A DNA stretch of 63,445 nt, the filler included, from Collodictyon triciliatum (Eukaryota): NCBI GenBank assembly GCA_043381765.1. It is 4 parts of 4 records of this genome, joined end to end, with 100 filler letters (N's around TTAATTAATTAA, not from the genome) between each part and the next. Parts side by side here need not be neighbours in the genome. Positions count along the whole stretch, not along the records: positions 1 to 15,565 come from JBHJMP010001402.1; positions 15,666 to 33,786 come from JBHJMP010001403.1; 2 more parts are not named here. One strand, given 5' to 3'. The translations under genes and the position numbers were made by a program. Shown in pieces: positions 14,613 through 29,245 of the stretch (its first letter is position 1; every line of letters begins with the position of its first letter). The notes beneath the pieces were generated by a model, which saw nothing but the letters and a program-made list of their open reading frames with translations, was not told where the DNA came from and ran no database searches.

Positions 14613-15440
14613 GGAACACAGCGCCACGGGCGACGCGAGATCGAGGCGGCATTCGAGAACATGGGAGGCCACCTGAACGCCTTCACGTCGCGCGAGCAGA
14701 CGGTGTACTACGCGCAGGTGCTGAACAAGGATGTGGGGAAGGCGCTGGACATCCTGGCCGACATGATCCAGAACCCCGCGCTGAGGGAGGGGGACATCGA
14801 GGGGGAGCGCAGCGTGATCCTGACGGAGGCCAAGGAGACGGACCGCATCCCGCGCGAGTATCTGCACGACCGGCTGCACGAGACGGCGTACGACGGCAGC
14901 CCGCTGGGGTACACCATCCTGGGCCCCGAGAGCGTCATCCGCTCGCTGCAGCGCCGCGACCTGCTCGACTTCCTGCACACGCACTACACGGCGCCCCGCA
15001 TTGTGGTGGCCGGAGCCGGCGGCGTGCGCCACGAGGAGCTGTGCACCCTGGCCGACAGGCTCTTCCGCGACCTGCCTGCCGCCCCAAAGACCACCGGCGG
15101 CTCCCTCGTCACGCGCCCCGCCGTCCGCTTTGTCGGCAGCGACCTCCGCGTCTACGACGACGACATGCCCCTCTGCCACTTCGCCATTGCCGTCGAGGGC
15201 CCCGGTGCGAGCCACGCAGACGCCGTCCCCCTCGCCATCATCCAGGCCATGCTCGGCAGCTGGGATCGCTCCGTCGGCGGCGGCAAGAACCTCGCCTCCC
15301 CGCTCGTCCGCGCCATCTCCGAGGACCGCTCCGCCCACAGCGTCTCCACCTTCCTCACCCCGTATGCCGAGACAAGCCTCTTTGGCGTCGAGGCCGTGGC
15401 AGAGCCCGACTATCTCGACGATGCCGTCAACACCATCCAG
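14613..15440 (+). CDS. PMPCB: Mitochondrial processing peptidase beta subunit / core-1 family (peptidase M16), partial; 5' end in the gap, 3' end beyond the scaffold
   Basis: GTQRHGRREIEAAFENMGGHLNAFTSREQTVYYAQVLNKDVGKALDILADMIQN...LGYTILGP...HYTAPRIVVAGAGGVRHEEL...RFVGSDLRVYDDDMPLCHFAIAVEGPG...MLGSWDRSVGGG. A splice donor follows 15440. The HxxEH motif would lie in the gap, so catalytic status cannot be seen. Confidence 0.88.
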
Positions 15441-15468
15441 GTTCCTCCTATGCCTCCCTCCTTTTCTG

Positions 15469-15564
<96 letters not shown>

Positions 15565-15565
15565 T

Positions 15566-15665
15566 NNNNNNNNNNNNNNNNNNNNNNNNNNNNNNNNNNN
15601 NNNNNNNNNTTAATTAATTAANNNNNNNNNNNNNNNNNNNNNNNNNNNNNNNNNNNNNNNNNNNN
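15566..15665. other. Artificial scaffold linker (N44-TTAATTAATTAA-N44)
   Basis: A 12-mer with stops in all six frames sits at 15610-15621 between two 44-N runs. The identical structure recurs twice more. Confidence 0.97.
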
Positions 15666-15770
15666 TACCATAAAATACCATAAAATACCATAAAATACCA
15701 TAAAATACCATAAAATACCATAAAATACCATAAAATACCATAAAATACCATAAAATACCATAAAATACCA
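15666..15770. repeat. (TACCATAAAA)n 10-mer tandem repeat at the scaffold edge, probably intronic
   Basis: About 10 perfect head-to-tail copies. Confidence 0.95.
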
Positions 15771-15883
15771 AAGGAAAGAGATAAAACGATAGAAAAATGA
15801 AACGGTGAGCAGTAGGAAAACCGTATCATAACAAAATCGATGCACACGAAAATCATGCGATGCTTTGTAAAGATGTTTAAAAC

Positions 15884-16326
15884 CTTGTGTAGTCGATATG
15901 AGGGGCGCTATCTGTCTTGGCAGTGGCGATTGTTTGGATGTGGCCGTTTAGAAGTGGCCAAGTCATCCATGGCGTGGGAGTGTATACGCGAAGCAGCGCG
16001 GGTATCTTATCCACAAATCCGTGTGCCAAAGAACCCTCCTGGACGAAAACTTGCGGCGGGCGACAAACAAAGACATAATGCACAGAGTACAGAAACAAAG
16101 CACAAAAGATCCAAAACACGCTCTCGTTCGAAAGGTGAGTGAGGCGCTCTCCCACAAAGCCCAGCGACGTGTAAGCAAAGTCAATCAAGTCACGCCCAAG
16201 CTGCCAGCCCACAACAGAGTCGCTCTTTTCTGCCTCAAGGTCGTTGTTTTCTGCAGCAACGCAGAGCAGCATAAAGGCTGCGAACAAAAAGGCGAGAATC
16301 AAACGCTTGACCCTTGACTGCGCCAT
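15884..16326 (-). CDS. Alpha/beta hydrolase, ABHD1/2/3-YheT family, first exon (3'-partial)
   Basis: MAQSRVKRLILAFLFAAFMLLCVAA (signal/anchor) is followed by a second hydrophobic segment. The family motif YTPTPWMTWPLLNGHIQTI...IDYTR follows, then a GT donor. Confidence 0.75.
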
Positions 16327-16485
16327 ACCCGAGCGAATCAACCAGAGAAGCCTGCAAAAGTATTCCTGTTCATTCCCTTTCTCTTTCTTTTTTCTTTTTT
16401 TTTTCTTTTCTCTTTTGTTGTGATTCTGCTTGGGTTTGTTGCGTGGCCCACGCGTCTTTGCGATAGGCAGCATGGAATTTGAGAA

Positions 16486-19400
16486 TCAGCGGGTGGAAGG
16501 GTGTGAGTACGTCCTTTGGTGGTCGCGGTCGAAGCGCATCCGGCAGGCAGCGCCGTCCTTGCAGGGGATGAGAATCTGGGGGAGGCCCTCATGCGCAAAA
16601 GCTTCTCTGTGTCCGGAGTCAAGCAGTTGGCTGCAGGAAGGCCACTTTGGACAGTCCGGCAGGCGGCGATGGAAGTGCAGCGCGCAATGCTCTGCTTCAT
16701 AAAGGTCTCTGCAGTAATATCCAAACCGGCATTCGTGGCGGTAATTGGCCAAGTGTGTTTTCAGGCCGTATTTGCTGCAGATGCTCCGGCCATCGGTCAA
16801 AAACTCGGGACAGAGCGGAGCAAGCGATGCGGGCTTTCGCCTCTCGCCTGCTCCCTGGCTTGATGGGTTTCCCGGGGCGGGATTTGTAGATCCGGGGACT
16901 AATGTGCTTGGGTCAAAGGACGATGGAGGAGAAGCAACGAGAGTTTGCGGTCGTGTCGGTGTTTGATTCGAAGGCGTGGAAGGCCGTGCGGTTGGATTGG
17001 TGCTTGGTGTGGAGACAATGGCGGTGCCTGATGGCCGGCCTGGAATGGGGTTTGTGGACGAGGAAGGACGGGGATTCGTGCTAGTTGTTGTGGACGGAGT
17101 CGCACCTGTAGAGGATGGCCTCCTTGACGAGACTATTGTTGGCGTCAAAGGCCTGCTGGGCGTGTTTTCCGCAGGATTCTCACGAGCGTCATCAATCGGC
17201 CTTCTTTTTGAGTGTGTGAAAAGGAAACTATGTACTGGTGATGGATTCGAGCAGTTTTCGTATGGGCATAGCGGCGGGTGGCGGAAGCTTTCGCGGTGAG
17301 TTTCCTCATGGACGGTACTGCAGAGTGCTCCGTTCTCGCAAAAGGGTACTTCGCTAACGTATTCTCCAAAGGGAGAGTTTTTTATGGCGAGTGAACTCAG
17401 TTTCCTAGAGAAAACTTGAAATGGAGAGTCTTTGTCGTGCTCGTCTTTGTTCAATATGACTATGAAAATCTAATGGAAAATATATGAGGAATCAGCTTAT
17501 TGCATCACAAGTCAGGTGACCCGCCCAAAGTTACAGCCATTAAGAATACTATATTAGTTATTTCGAGAGAGAAATACAAGGAGGATATACCATAGATATG
17601 TTAGAGAGAGAAAGGAAGAGAGAGATAGAGATAGAGATAGAGATAGAGATAGAGATAGAGATAGAGATAGAGATAGAGATAGAGATAGGAGATAGAGATA
17701 GGAGATAGAGATAGAGATAGAGATAGAGATAGAGATAGAGATAGAGATAGAGATAGAGATAGAGATAGAGATAGAGATAGAGATAGAGATAGAGATAGAG
17801 ATAGAGACAGAGATAGAGATAGAGATAGAGACAGAGATAGAGATAGAGATAGAGATAGAGATAGAGAGAGAATATGTGCATGATTTCTTTTAAAAAAACC
17901 CAATATGGAAACAAAATATATTAAAAGAAAATAAAATCTAATAGAAGGCGAGGTCGAATGTATAAAAGAATATACCTTTTCAAAGAATGTAGCGTATTCC
18001 ATGAAAACTGAATGAAATATATCAGCGATGTCTTCACTTGGGTTTCGATTTACTCCACAGCCAAGGGCCCCCATAACGAGAACATCATTCTTATTTTTCA
18101 GACTTGCTCTCACAAACCATTCAACTTTTTGTCGCGTAAAGTATATGTCCGTCTCATTCAAATGGCCATTACTCAGCTGAGGGGATTGTATCGAAGAGAC
18201 TACAAAGATGTCACAACGAAATGGGTCATCCATGAAAGGGTATCCCTCTTCCCCTTTGCCACGGAAAACACTGATGCGAGGAGCGATAATTCCGCCGCTT
18301 GGCGGGAGTGGATACAAGACAGAGTTTTGTCCCTTTTTTGATGTCGTGTTCCAATTAGTATCCAATACTTGACATATATTTGTTCGACGAAATATGGATT
18401 CTTCCTGCGAGCCTCTGTTGTACTTGTAAACACCTCCTGGGATGTCAGCAGTCCCCATCATCATCACTCCAACGTTGTGTCCCTTGCGTGACAGCAGCTG
18501 CGCAATTTCCAGAGTGTCGCCAGACATGACATTTACATGGCAATTCTTTTTAACATATTTCCTCGACATACGTATTGGGAGGGAGGAAGCTTCTGCGGGA
18601 TAGACCTCTGGCAGTGAAAATATTTTCCCATTAGGCGTTTTGAATTCTTTCTTTTTGATTTGTTCGATAGTGGTAGCAGTTACCAAAATGTAAAGAGATT
18701 GAACCAGTCGAGAATAAGAATTTTCATTTCTTTTCGATCCAAGGGACAATTTCTTGAACTCTTCCAAGTACTCTGCCCATGTCGGAGCGTTCCAATCAAG
18801 TGTATAAATTGGGTGTCCTGGCGGAATGCTTTCAGGTCCTCTAATTTCTAACAGCATCCTTGGCTCCAGAAGATTACCAAACGAAAGTGGAACCCTTGTT
18901 TGCTGCGTGAGCTCAGGAGAAGTGCCTGATTCTGGGTTTGATGCTGGCCGAGCATGTGTTTTTGGGCTTTTCTCCAATGGATCACCCTTAGCAGATATAT
19001 AATCGGGCGGCCCTAGAGGTTTTTCAGGAGTCTTACTCTCTGGTGCACTCAGCTCATTGTAAGTCAATTGCTGTGATGGCTTAGCAGACTGGGGTCTATC
19101 ATGATCTTTTTCAACTCTACCAGCTGGGGATGAAGGCGAAGGTCTGTTATGTTTTCCTGAGGTTCCCTGAGAGGGAGGTGATGAGCGCTTCTCAGGCGTT
19201 TTGGTGGATGGTGTCTTATAACTAAGAGAAATTTGACCTTTTGCAACTTTCATGGTGCTTGCATCCATAAGCTCAAAAAAATAGTCTGCAGAGTTGAGAA
19301 AAATCTGAATTGAGCCACTCTCGTCTGGGCAGATGGAAATAATCTTTTTCTTTGAAATAGCTTCCAGTTCCTTGAAAAGTTGACAAAGTTGCTCAGGGAA

Positions 19401-21206
19401 CCTGTGGTCATAGCCATATAACCTCATAGGAATAGGCTGGAGCCTATACTCTCCAAAGATAAGGTCGTCTTGTTCAAACCGAATAAAATGGTTGACATCA
19501 GGAAAAGATATACGAAGAGCTCCATCATCGGGGTAATATGAAACTTTAATGCGGTATTGGGACAGGGATTGTTCAAGGGTTTTTGCATTGGTATATGTTG
19601 GAATCACATTATCTAAAAAGCATGTTATGGGAAAAGTTGGTATCACTGTAAACACATGGTCGTCAATCGGAATATCTCTTGCTTCTACATGGTCGTCACG
19701 GTCTGAGTCTGATGCAAATATCGCAAAGAGAAAATTAAACGTCTTTGACGGATATAATTCTTTGAGTGATGGGATGTTCGTCCTCAGATAAGTAATTAGT
19801 TTGGGCAAACTGGACTGGAAATGGCTAGGATGCAGATATGGTAAGATTATGGCAGTTGTGCTTCCTAACTTTGGTATATCTACTGCTTGGCTTTTTTGTG
19901 CGTCTGGCTTCTCTTGATGACCTTTTGATGATGACAATGGTGACCCTGGCTCGCACTTATACCCATTTTTCTGGAGAATAGAGGCAGAGTCTCTATATTG
20001 ATCAAGTAAGGTAATTGAACCCTACATACATACGATTGGATCGGTTAATCAGATTATTTTTTTTTAAAAAAAAACTTTTCATGAAGTTCTAAGTTTCAGT
20101 ATGATTTTTATGAATCGAATAAAGGAAAAAAAAAAGTTTCAGTATGATTTTCCTCAGATGCGACAATTATACACATATATAAAATGTTAAGATAGACTAT
20201 ATCAAATTTATACTTTAACATTTTTTTTGGAATTATACTTCTTTTGGCATATATAATAGATAAACAAATAAAAAGCTTAAAATTTACTTTTTCCTGCATA
20301 TAGAATAATATATGATAAAAAAAACATAGTCTTGAGACCACATATATATTCAACACTATCGTATATGTATAGAAGATGGAGCTTTTAAAAAAAACCTTGA
20401 GAGAGGGATAATCCCTTTCGATGAATGGTATCGTTTCGGTTGAGGGGGTCGAATGAAGAAATATAATCTCTTTTTCGGATAGTTGAAGAAAACAGCTAGG
20501 CTCTCTGACAATCTCAGATTGGTAGAGATAATCTGCAAACATTTCAGGTAGGGAAAATTTCGTAGTAACATGCAATAGATATCCTGGGTGGCATTCAACA
20601 ATTATCTGCATAACGTGTGTATGATTAGACTGATATGAAAAATGGCAGTAAAAAAGTAAATAAATAAATGAATATTTTGTGTTCTAGGCAAATTTTCATA
20701 GGAAGATAGGGGAAAATGAAGTTCTTTGGTACTATATTTATCTTTGCCGTTAGATAAATATGTATTATCATAAAAAATTGTCCAATATCCGGTTATGTTA
20801 AAAAAAATTAAACTATTTGGTTTCATTTTTAAAGTATATCGAGAGGAAAATAAACAAATAAACAAACTAAAAAAGAAGTAAAATATATTTAGTAATATTA
20901 AATAACAGCAACACTAATAGCGATAACGTACTATTTCATTTTATCTTTTGAATAAATTGCATATTAGATCGAAAAACTTACAACTTCGTCCCCAAAGTTA
21001 AGAGTCCTCATGCAAAAGTAGTTGACAAAACGACGAAAATTATACGGAACTATCTTAATCACATCTCTCGAATGATCCAAACATATCTCTGATATGTCGA
21101 GGCAGATTTCATTGGAGCTAGATATCGCCTTATAGATGGTGTCTTTTGTATGCTTGCCCTTGGGAACACCTTTTAGCCGCACATAATACAATTCACTTTT
21201 CTCCAT
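16486..21206 (-). CDS. Microbial-type PARG (TIGR02452/DUF2263 macrodomain) with six C-terminal PBZ-like zinc fingers; about 4 exons
   Basis: PARG motifs: [47 protein letters not shown] and [15 protein letters not shown] phase-0 intron (17975-17470) joins ...ATFFEK to IFIVILNK..., completing the macrodomain. The last exon has six C-x-C-x-H-x3-[FYH]-x-H units. Upstream exons (~21206-20986, ~20605-20397, and the acceptor at 20021) are inferred. Confidence 0.8.
17622..17866. repeat. (AGATAG)n hexamer microsatellite in the last PARG intron
   Basis: Tandem array read directly from the sequence. Confidence 0.95.
20091..20151 (+). mobile_element. Very short retroposed insertion, family B copy 2 (25 nt, 18-bp TSD)
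   Basis: AAGTTTCAGTATGATTTT occurs at 20091-20108 and 20134-20151, flanking TATGAATCGAATAAAGG(A)8. Confidence 0.82.
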
Positions 21207-21455
21207 GCTCAAAAAAATCGGCCCGTTTCCTTGCGCTTTTTTTTTTTGGACCAGTATATTGTAAATCTGTTAAAAGGCAGTTAGCTACATTCATTATATT
21301 GCGCATTTAATCGATGTAATGATAAACAAGACTCATACGGATACACACAAACACACACAAAGTATCAAAAGAAAAAAACAATTAGAAGAAACGTAAAGAG
21401 GGTGATAAAAAGCTCCGGATGATTATAACTTTATTTTTAATTAATTTTTTTTATT

Positions 21456-21530
21456 GCAATAAAACAATTCCCACGGTCCTGCACAAAAATTGAAAGGAAG
21501 AATTAAAAAAAAAAACGCAATAAAACAATT
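21456..21530 (+). mobile_element. Short retroposed insertion, family A copy 3 (14-bp TSD)
   Basis: GCAATAAAACAATT occurs at 21456-21469 and 21517-21530, flanking CCCACGGTCCTGCACAAAAATTGAAAGGAAGAATT(A)11C. Confidence 0.8.
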
Positions 21531-21653
21531 AAGGGGCAGAGATAGTTTTTAACACTCAGTGATGTTGGTTTCTTCCAACATAAATAAAAAGTAGTGAAAT
21601 ACGACCTTTCAATAGCCATAGATTATCACCAACCAGAAAGCTTTTCTATATCC

Positions 21654-21720
21654 AAGACAAACAAAGCCCTCACTTTGAATCGAATCAAGGAAAAATAAAA
21701 TAAAAAGACAAACAGAGCCC
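21654..21720 (+). mobile_element. Very short retroposed insertion, family B copy 3 (16-bp TSD with 1 mismatch, decayed tail)
   Basis: AAGACAAACAAAGCCC and AAGACAAACAGAGCCC flank TCACTTTGAATCGAATCAAGGAAAAATAAAATAAA. Confidence 0.75.
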
Positions 21721-22577
21721 CTGCAGGACACCTTTACCGACACTGAATGGATGTTGGCTGGGTTCATTCCCATCCTTGTTTCTCTTTCCTCGCAAATATG
21801 TTGCCATGGCCCGCAGATCATGAGCCGCTTCCCGAACATCATTACCGAATGCCTCTGCAACAGAAGCGTGAGACGTTGGGCGTGTTTTGATTTGTCTCTC
21901 CTTGGCTGATTTTTCCAGGTGGCTGTGCTGATTCAGGGAATGCACCAAGCACCGATCTGCGACGCCTGCAAAGCGAGATACAAACGCCCCTGCGCTGCGC
22001 CCTCGGAAAATCCACAATAAGAAACACAATTCAAATGTTTAAATCTTGCAGAAAAACAACAACCCCGGCGACAGGAAATGGTGGCATTGTTGTCGGCGAT
22101 GGTCAAATGCAGGCAGATTGGATCCCCAGCACAAAGAAAAATCTCCGAGAAAATCAGGGCAGCGCGGAGACTTGTTGGTGCCGCGTCTGCCAAAGTCGAG
22201 CAAAGAAATCATTCTCATTGTGTTTATTTTTTTTTTTGGTAGCGCTCCTTTGCCTCTTCATTTAATATCCTCTATTTCACATTCTACTCTATTTCTTTTC
22301 TTTTTTCCGTTTTTCTTTCCTTTTCTTTTCTTTCCTTTTCTTTTCTTTCCTTTCCTTTCCTTTCCTTTCCTTTCCTTTCCTTTCCTTTCCTTTCTTTTCT
22401 TTTCCTTTCTTTTCCTTTTCCTTTTCCTTTTCCTTTTCCTTTTCCTTTTCCTTTTCCTTTTCCTTTTCCTTTTCCTTTTCCTTTTCCTTTTCCTTTTCCT
22501 TTTCCTTTTCCTTTTCTTTTCTTTTCTTTCTTTTTCTTGTTCCTTTTCGTTTTTCGTTTTTTTCTTTTCTTTTTTTC

Positions 22578-22610
<33 letters not shown>

Positions 22611-22635
22611 CTTTCCTAATCAAATATGCCTATGA

Positions 22636-25974
<3,339 letters not shown>

Positions 25975-26079
25975 CAATCCTACCAGTCAACCACTATCTA
26001 GCAACATAAACAGAACCAAAAACAAAAGCAAAATTAATAAACAAAAGCAAAAACAAAGCAAAAGAACAAAGCAAAAGTA

Positions 26080-26168
<89 letters not shown>

Positions 26169-26659
26169 ACTGCACATATGGTGTGTCGACATTTCTGATT
26201 CTGCAATCACCACGCTACATACTATATATGATACTATTGTACATCCCAAAAGCCGTTTCCGCTTGCGAGGGGCAATAAATAGATGGCCGGGTACAATTCA
26301 CAATCACACCCACGCAGATGTTGAGAAAGAGGTTTTGTCTATGAGTGCAACTCCTCTAATTAGATTCTGCAATAACCCAAATCGCATACCCAACATGAAA
26401 ACCTGACAACCCTGATATCCACACGCAAGCCAAACTGCACACTACGTTGGACAAATGGAAATCCCGTCCATCTCTTCTTTTGCCTTCCAAGTACACCAAG
26501 TTCTAGCCGGAACTGAAGACATCGAGTACATATCCTATTGTTTGTGCAGCAGGGTAGCAGTAGAGTTCGTTTCTTTTTGTTTTTCTTTTTATTGTGTTGG
26601 TCTATTTCTTCCGGTGCTGGTTGGCGGGCGGGATTACAGAGTTGGGTCTTTGAATGGCC

Positions 26660-27993
26660 TCAGTGAGGCTCCAAGGAGCGGGTCTCTGCACAGGACGAAT
26701 TAAAGAATGCTCTCGCGTAGAATCGAAATGATGTATTCATCCGCATAGATAATGGGAGTGGCAAACGAACCACTGCTTTTGGGGATTGCAGGAAGCCTTG
26801 CACGAGGGTTAACTGGGACATAAGCCTATGAAGGGAGCAGCCGCCAGAGTGGCCTTGGTACTCTAGATGGTGATGTGTTAACAGGCGTCTAATTTTTTTG
26901 GCGTTTTTTTTCAAATAAATAATAAAATCTAGGAAGTTTTTTTTCTTTGTTGAGGTTGATGTGGTATCCAGAGATAAACTACCCATCATAGCACTGTTCA
27001 AAGAGCGAGCCACGACCTCTGCTCTCATGGGAGACAAGTAATGAGCTTCGGGTGAAGATAATGGGTCGGAGAATGTGAGAAGAGAGAGAAGGGCCTGATG
27101 GAAATAATCGAAGACAGCTTATTTGATTATTACATACCAGAAGTGATAGATTTGAAGGAAGGGGATGCGTCAAAATAAGTTTAGTCACTTTCATACATAT
27201 GTAAACAATTTGGTATCATATAACAAACCTTCAAATCGACGAGATGCGATTTAGAGTCCTTGCAAATTGGTGCAAGAAATACTTTTGCGTAGTGAATCGC
27301 CTCCACTTTAGCACCTTTAAGAATGAGATTGGAAAATTCTTGCATGTGCAACTGGCGATTGAGCTATGGAACGACAGAAATGACATTACTAAAGATAATT
27401 AAAAAAGTACTATTTTCATTTTCGACGAGACGTAAAAAACACATGAATTGAAGAATTGAATTGAAATGGATTTAATCGGATTTGACATGGAGTTTTAATG
27501 TATGAATACTGCTAGTTCAGGAAGTTAAAAACAAATCAAGGAGTCAATGAGATTTTTTTCCGATGATTATTTGGTTCTTCGTTTCTTTATCCACTCAACC
27601 GTACCTTTGGTTTCTTGGAAAGAATGTTTGGGAAATGTGTTTCAATCTTTTCGAAAACACCTTTGATATCACGATTGCGGAAGCAGTCAAGAATTTCTGA
27701 TTTAATTATAATAAAAAAAATAATGGCATGAATAAAATAATCATCGTCTTAAGTACATCAAAGCATCATGATATCATATTTTTATTCGGCGTATATGAAC
27801 CTCGCCGCTCATCAAGCATGTACAGAGGAAATGTTTGGTCTGTCTCCTTCATCAAACCATGAAGCGTATTCTTTTGGCAATTATACACTAAATATTCAAC
27901 CACGACTCTGAATACTTGCTGATGCTCCTTCTTGGCCGAGCTGACTTGAGATAAAAGCTGACTCCGTTTGAGCACTTTTGTGAAATCGACCAT
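26660..27993 (-). CDS. GID8/TWA1-like LisH-CTLH-CRA protein (CTLH E3 ligase subunit), 5 exons
   Basis: LisH VFRVVVEYLVYNCQKNTLHGLMKET; CTLH LDERR|EILDCFRNRDIKGVFEKIETHFPNIL..|LNRQLHMQEFSNLI; CRA EAIHYAKVFLAP..|ALLSLLTFSDPLSSPEAHYLSPMRAEVVARSLNSAMM|EYQG..LHRLMSQL. Confidence 0.8.
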
Positions 27994-28420
27994 CAGGTGA
28001 ATAAAAGAAAAAAGAAAAAAGAAAGAAGAAGAAAGAAGAAAGAAGAAAGAAGAAAGAAGAAAGAAGAAAGAAGAAAGAAGAAAGAAGAAAGAAGAAAGAA
28101 GAAAGAAGAAAGAAGAAAGAAGAAAAGAAAAGGAAAAGGAAAAGGGAAGAGCATGGCTCAGTTAGTAATTAAAGAAGCTTCTAATGTCTTGTGAGTGAGA
28201 GTTTGTCGAGTCTGTGATTTACACGAGCGATCATTGGAGGTTTCGCAGCATTTTAGACACCCGGACAAAGGCGAACCATCAAAAGAAAAACTTGCGTTGC
28301 TGCTGCTTCCCCTGAGCCGATGAGGAGAGCATTGCGTTCCGCGGAAACTGATCCGCCTGGATACGCTGAGTGCAAAGTGTACACGAAACGAGAGAAAATA
28401 GTGCAAGGAGTTAAGAAGCT

Positions 28421-29060
28421 NNNNNNNNNNNNNNNNNNNNNNNNNNNNNNNNNNNNNNNNNNNNNNNNNNNNNNNNNNNNNNNNNNNNNNNNNNNNNNNN
28501 NNNNNNNNNNNNNNNNNNNNNNNNNNNNNNNNNNNNNNNNNNNNNNNNNNNNNNNNNNNNNNNNNNNNNNNNNNNNNNNNNNNNNNNNNNNNNNNNNNNN
28601 NNNNNNNNNNNNNNNNNNNNNNNNNNNNNNNNNNNNNNNNNNNNNNNNNNNNNNNNNNNNNNNNNNNNNNNNNNNNNNNNNNNNNNNNNNNNNNNNNNNN
28701 NNNNNNNNNNNNNNNNNNNNNNNNNNNNNNNNNNNNNNNNNNNNNNNNNNNNNNNNNNNNNNNNNNNNNNNNNNNNNNNNNNNNNNNNNNNNNNNNNNNN
28801 NNNNNNNNNNNNNNNNNNNNNNNNNNNNNNNNNNNNNNNNNNNNNNNNNNNNNNNNNNNNNNNNNNNNNNNNNNNNNNNNNNNNNNNNNNNNNNNNNNNN
28901 NNNNNNNNNNNNNNNNNNNNNNNNNNNNNNNNNNNNNNNNNNNNNNNNNNNNNNNNNNNNNNNNNNNNNNNNNNNNNNNNNNNNNNNNNNNNNNNNNNNN
29001 NNNNNNNNNNNNNNNNNNNNNNNNNNNNNNNNNNNNNNNNNNNNNNNNNNNNNNNNNNNN
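28421..29060. other. Assembly gap (N run)
   Basis: Run of N. Confidence 1.
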
Positions 29061-29245
29061 TTTGTTATTGTCATTTTACCTTCGGTTTTTTTTTTTTTTG
29101 TACATTTCCATTACTATCTTTTTTTTCTTTTTTCTTTTTCTACAATTTAGCTAGTTGCTTAAACGATTAATTAAGGTCAAAATAAAGTAAAGTAATAAAA
29201 TAATTGATAATAAACAATTTTTGAGTATTTGAATGAATTAACGAC

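Noticed and set aside
14613-15440. Bacterial contamination as the explanation for GC-rich segments
   Set aside because: The protein is eukaryotic-type MPP-beta followed by a splice donor and a microsatellite, and other GC-rich exons splice to AT-richer exons of the same gene.
15666-15770. 10-mer and 9-mer arrays (also 12797-12893) as CRISPR or telomeric repeats
   Set aside because: They are head-to-tail repeats with no spacers, no cas genes nearby and no G-rich telomere motif, in an intronic context.
21685-22193. Possible small minus-strand gene between PARG and RBBP4
   Set aside because: The composition is coding-like, but there is no recognisable domain or convincing start and splice model.
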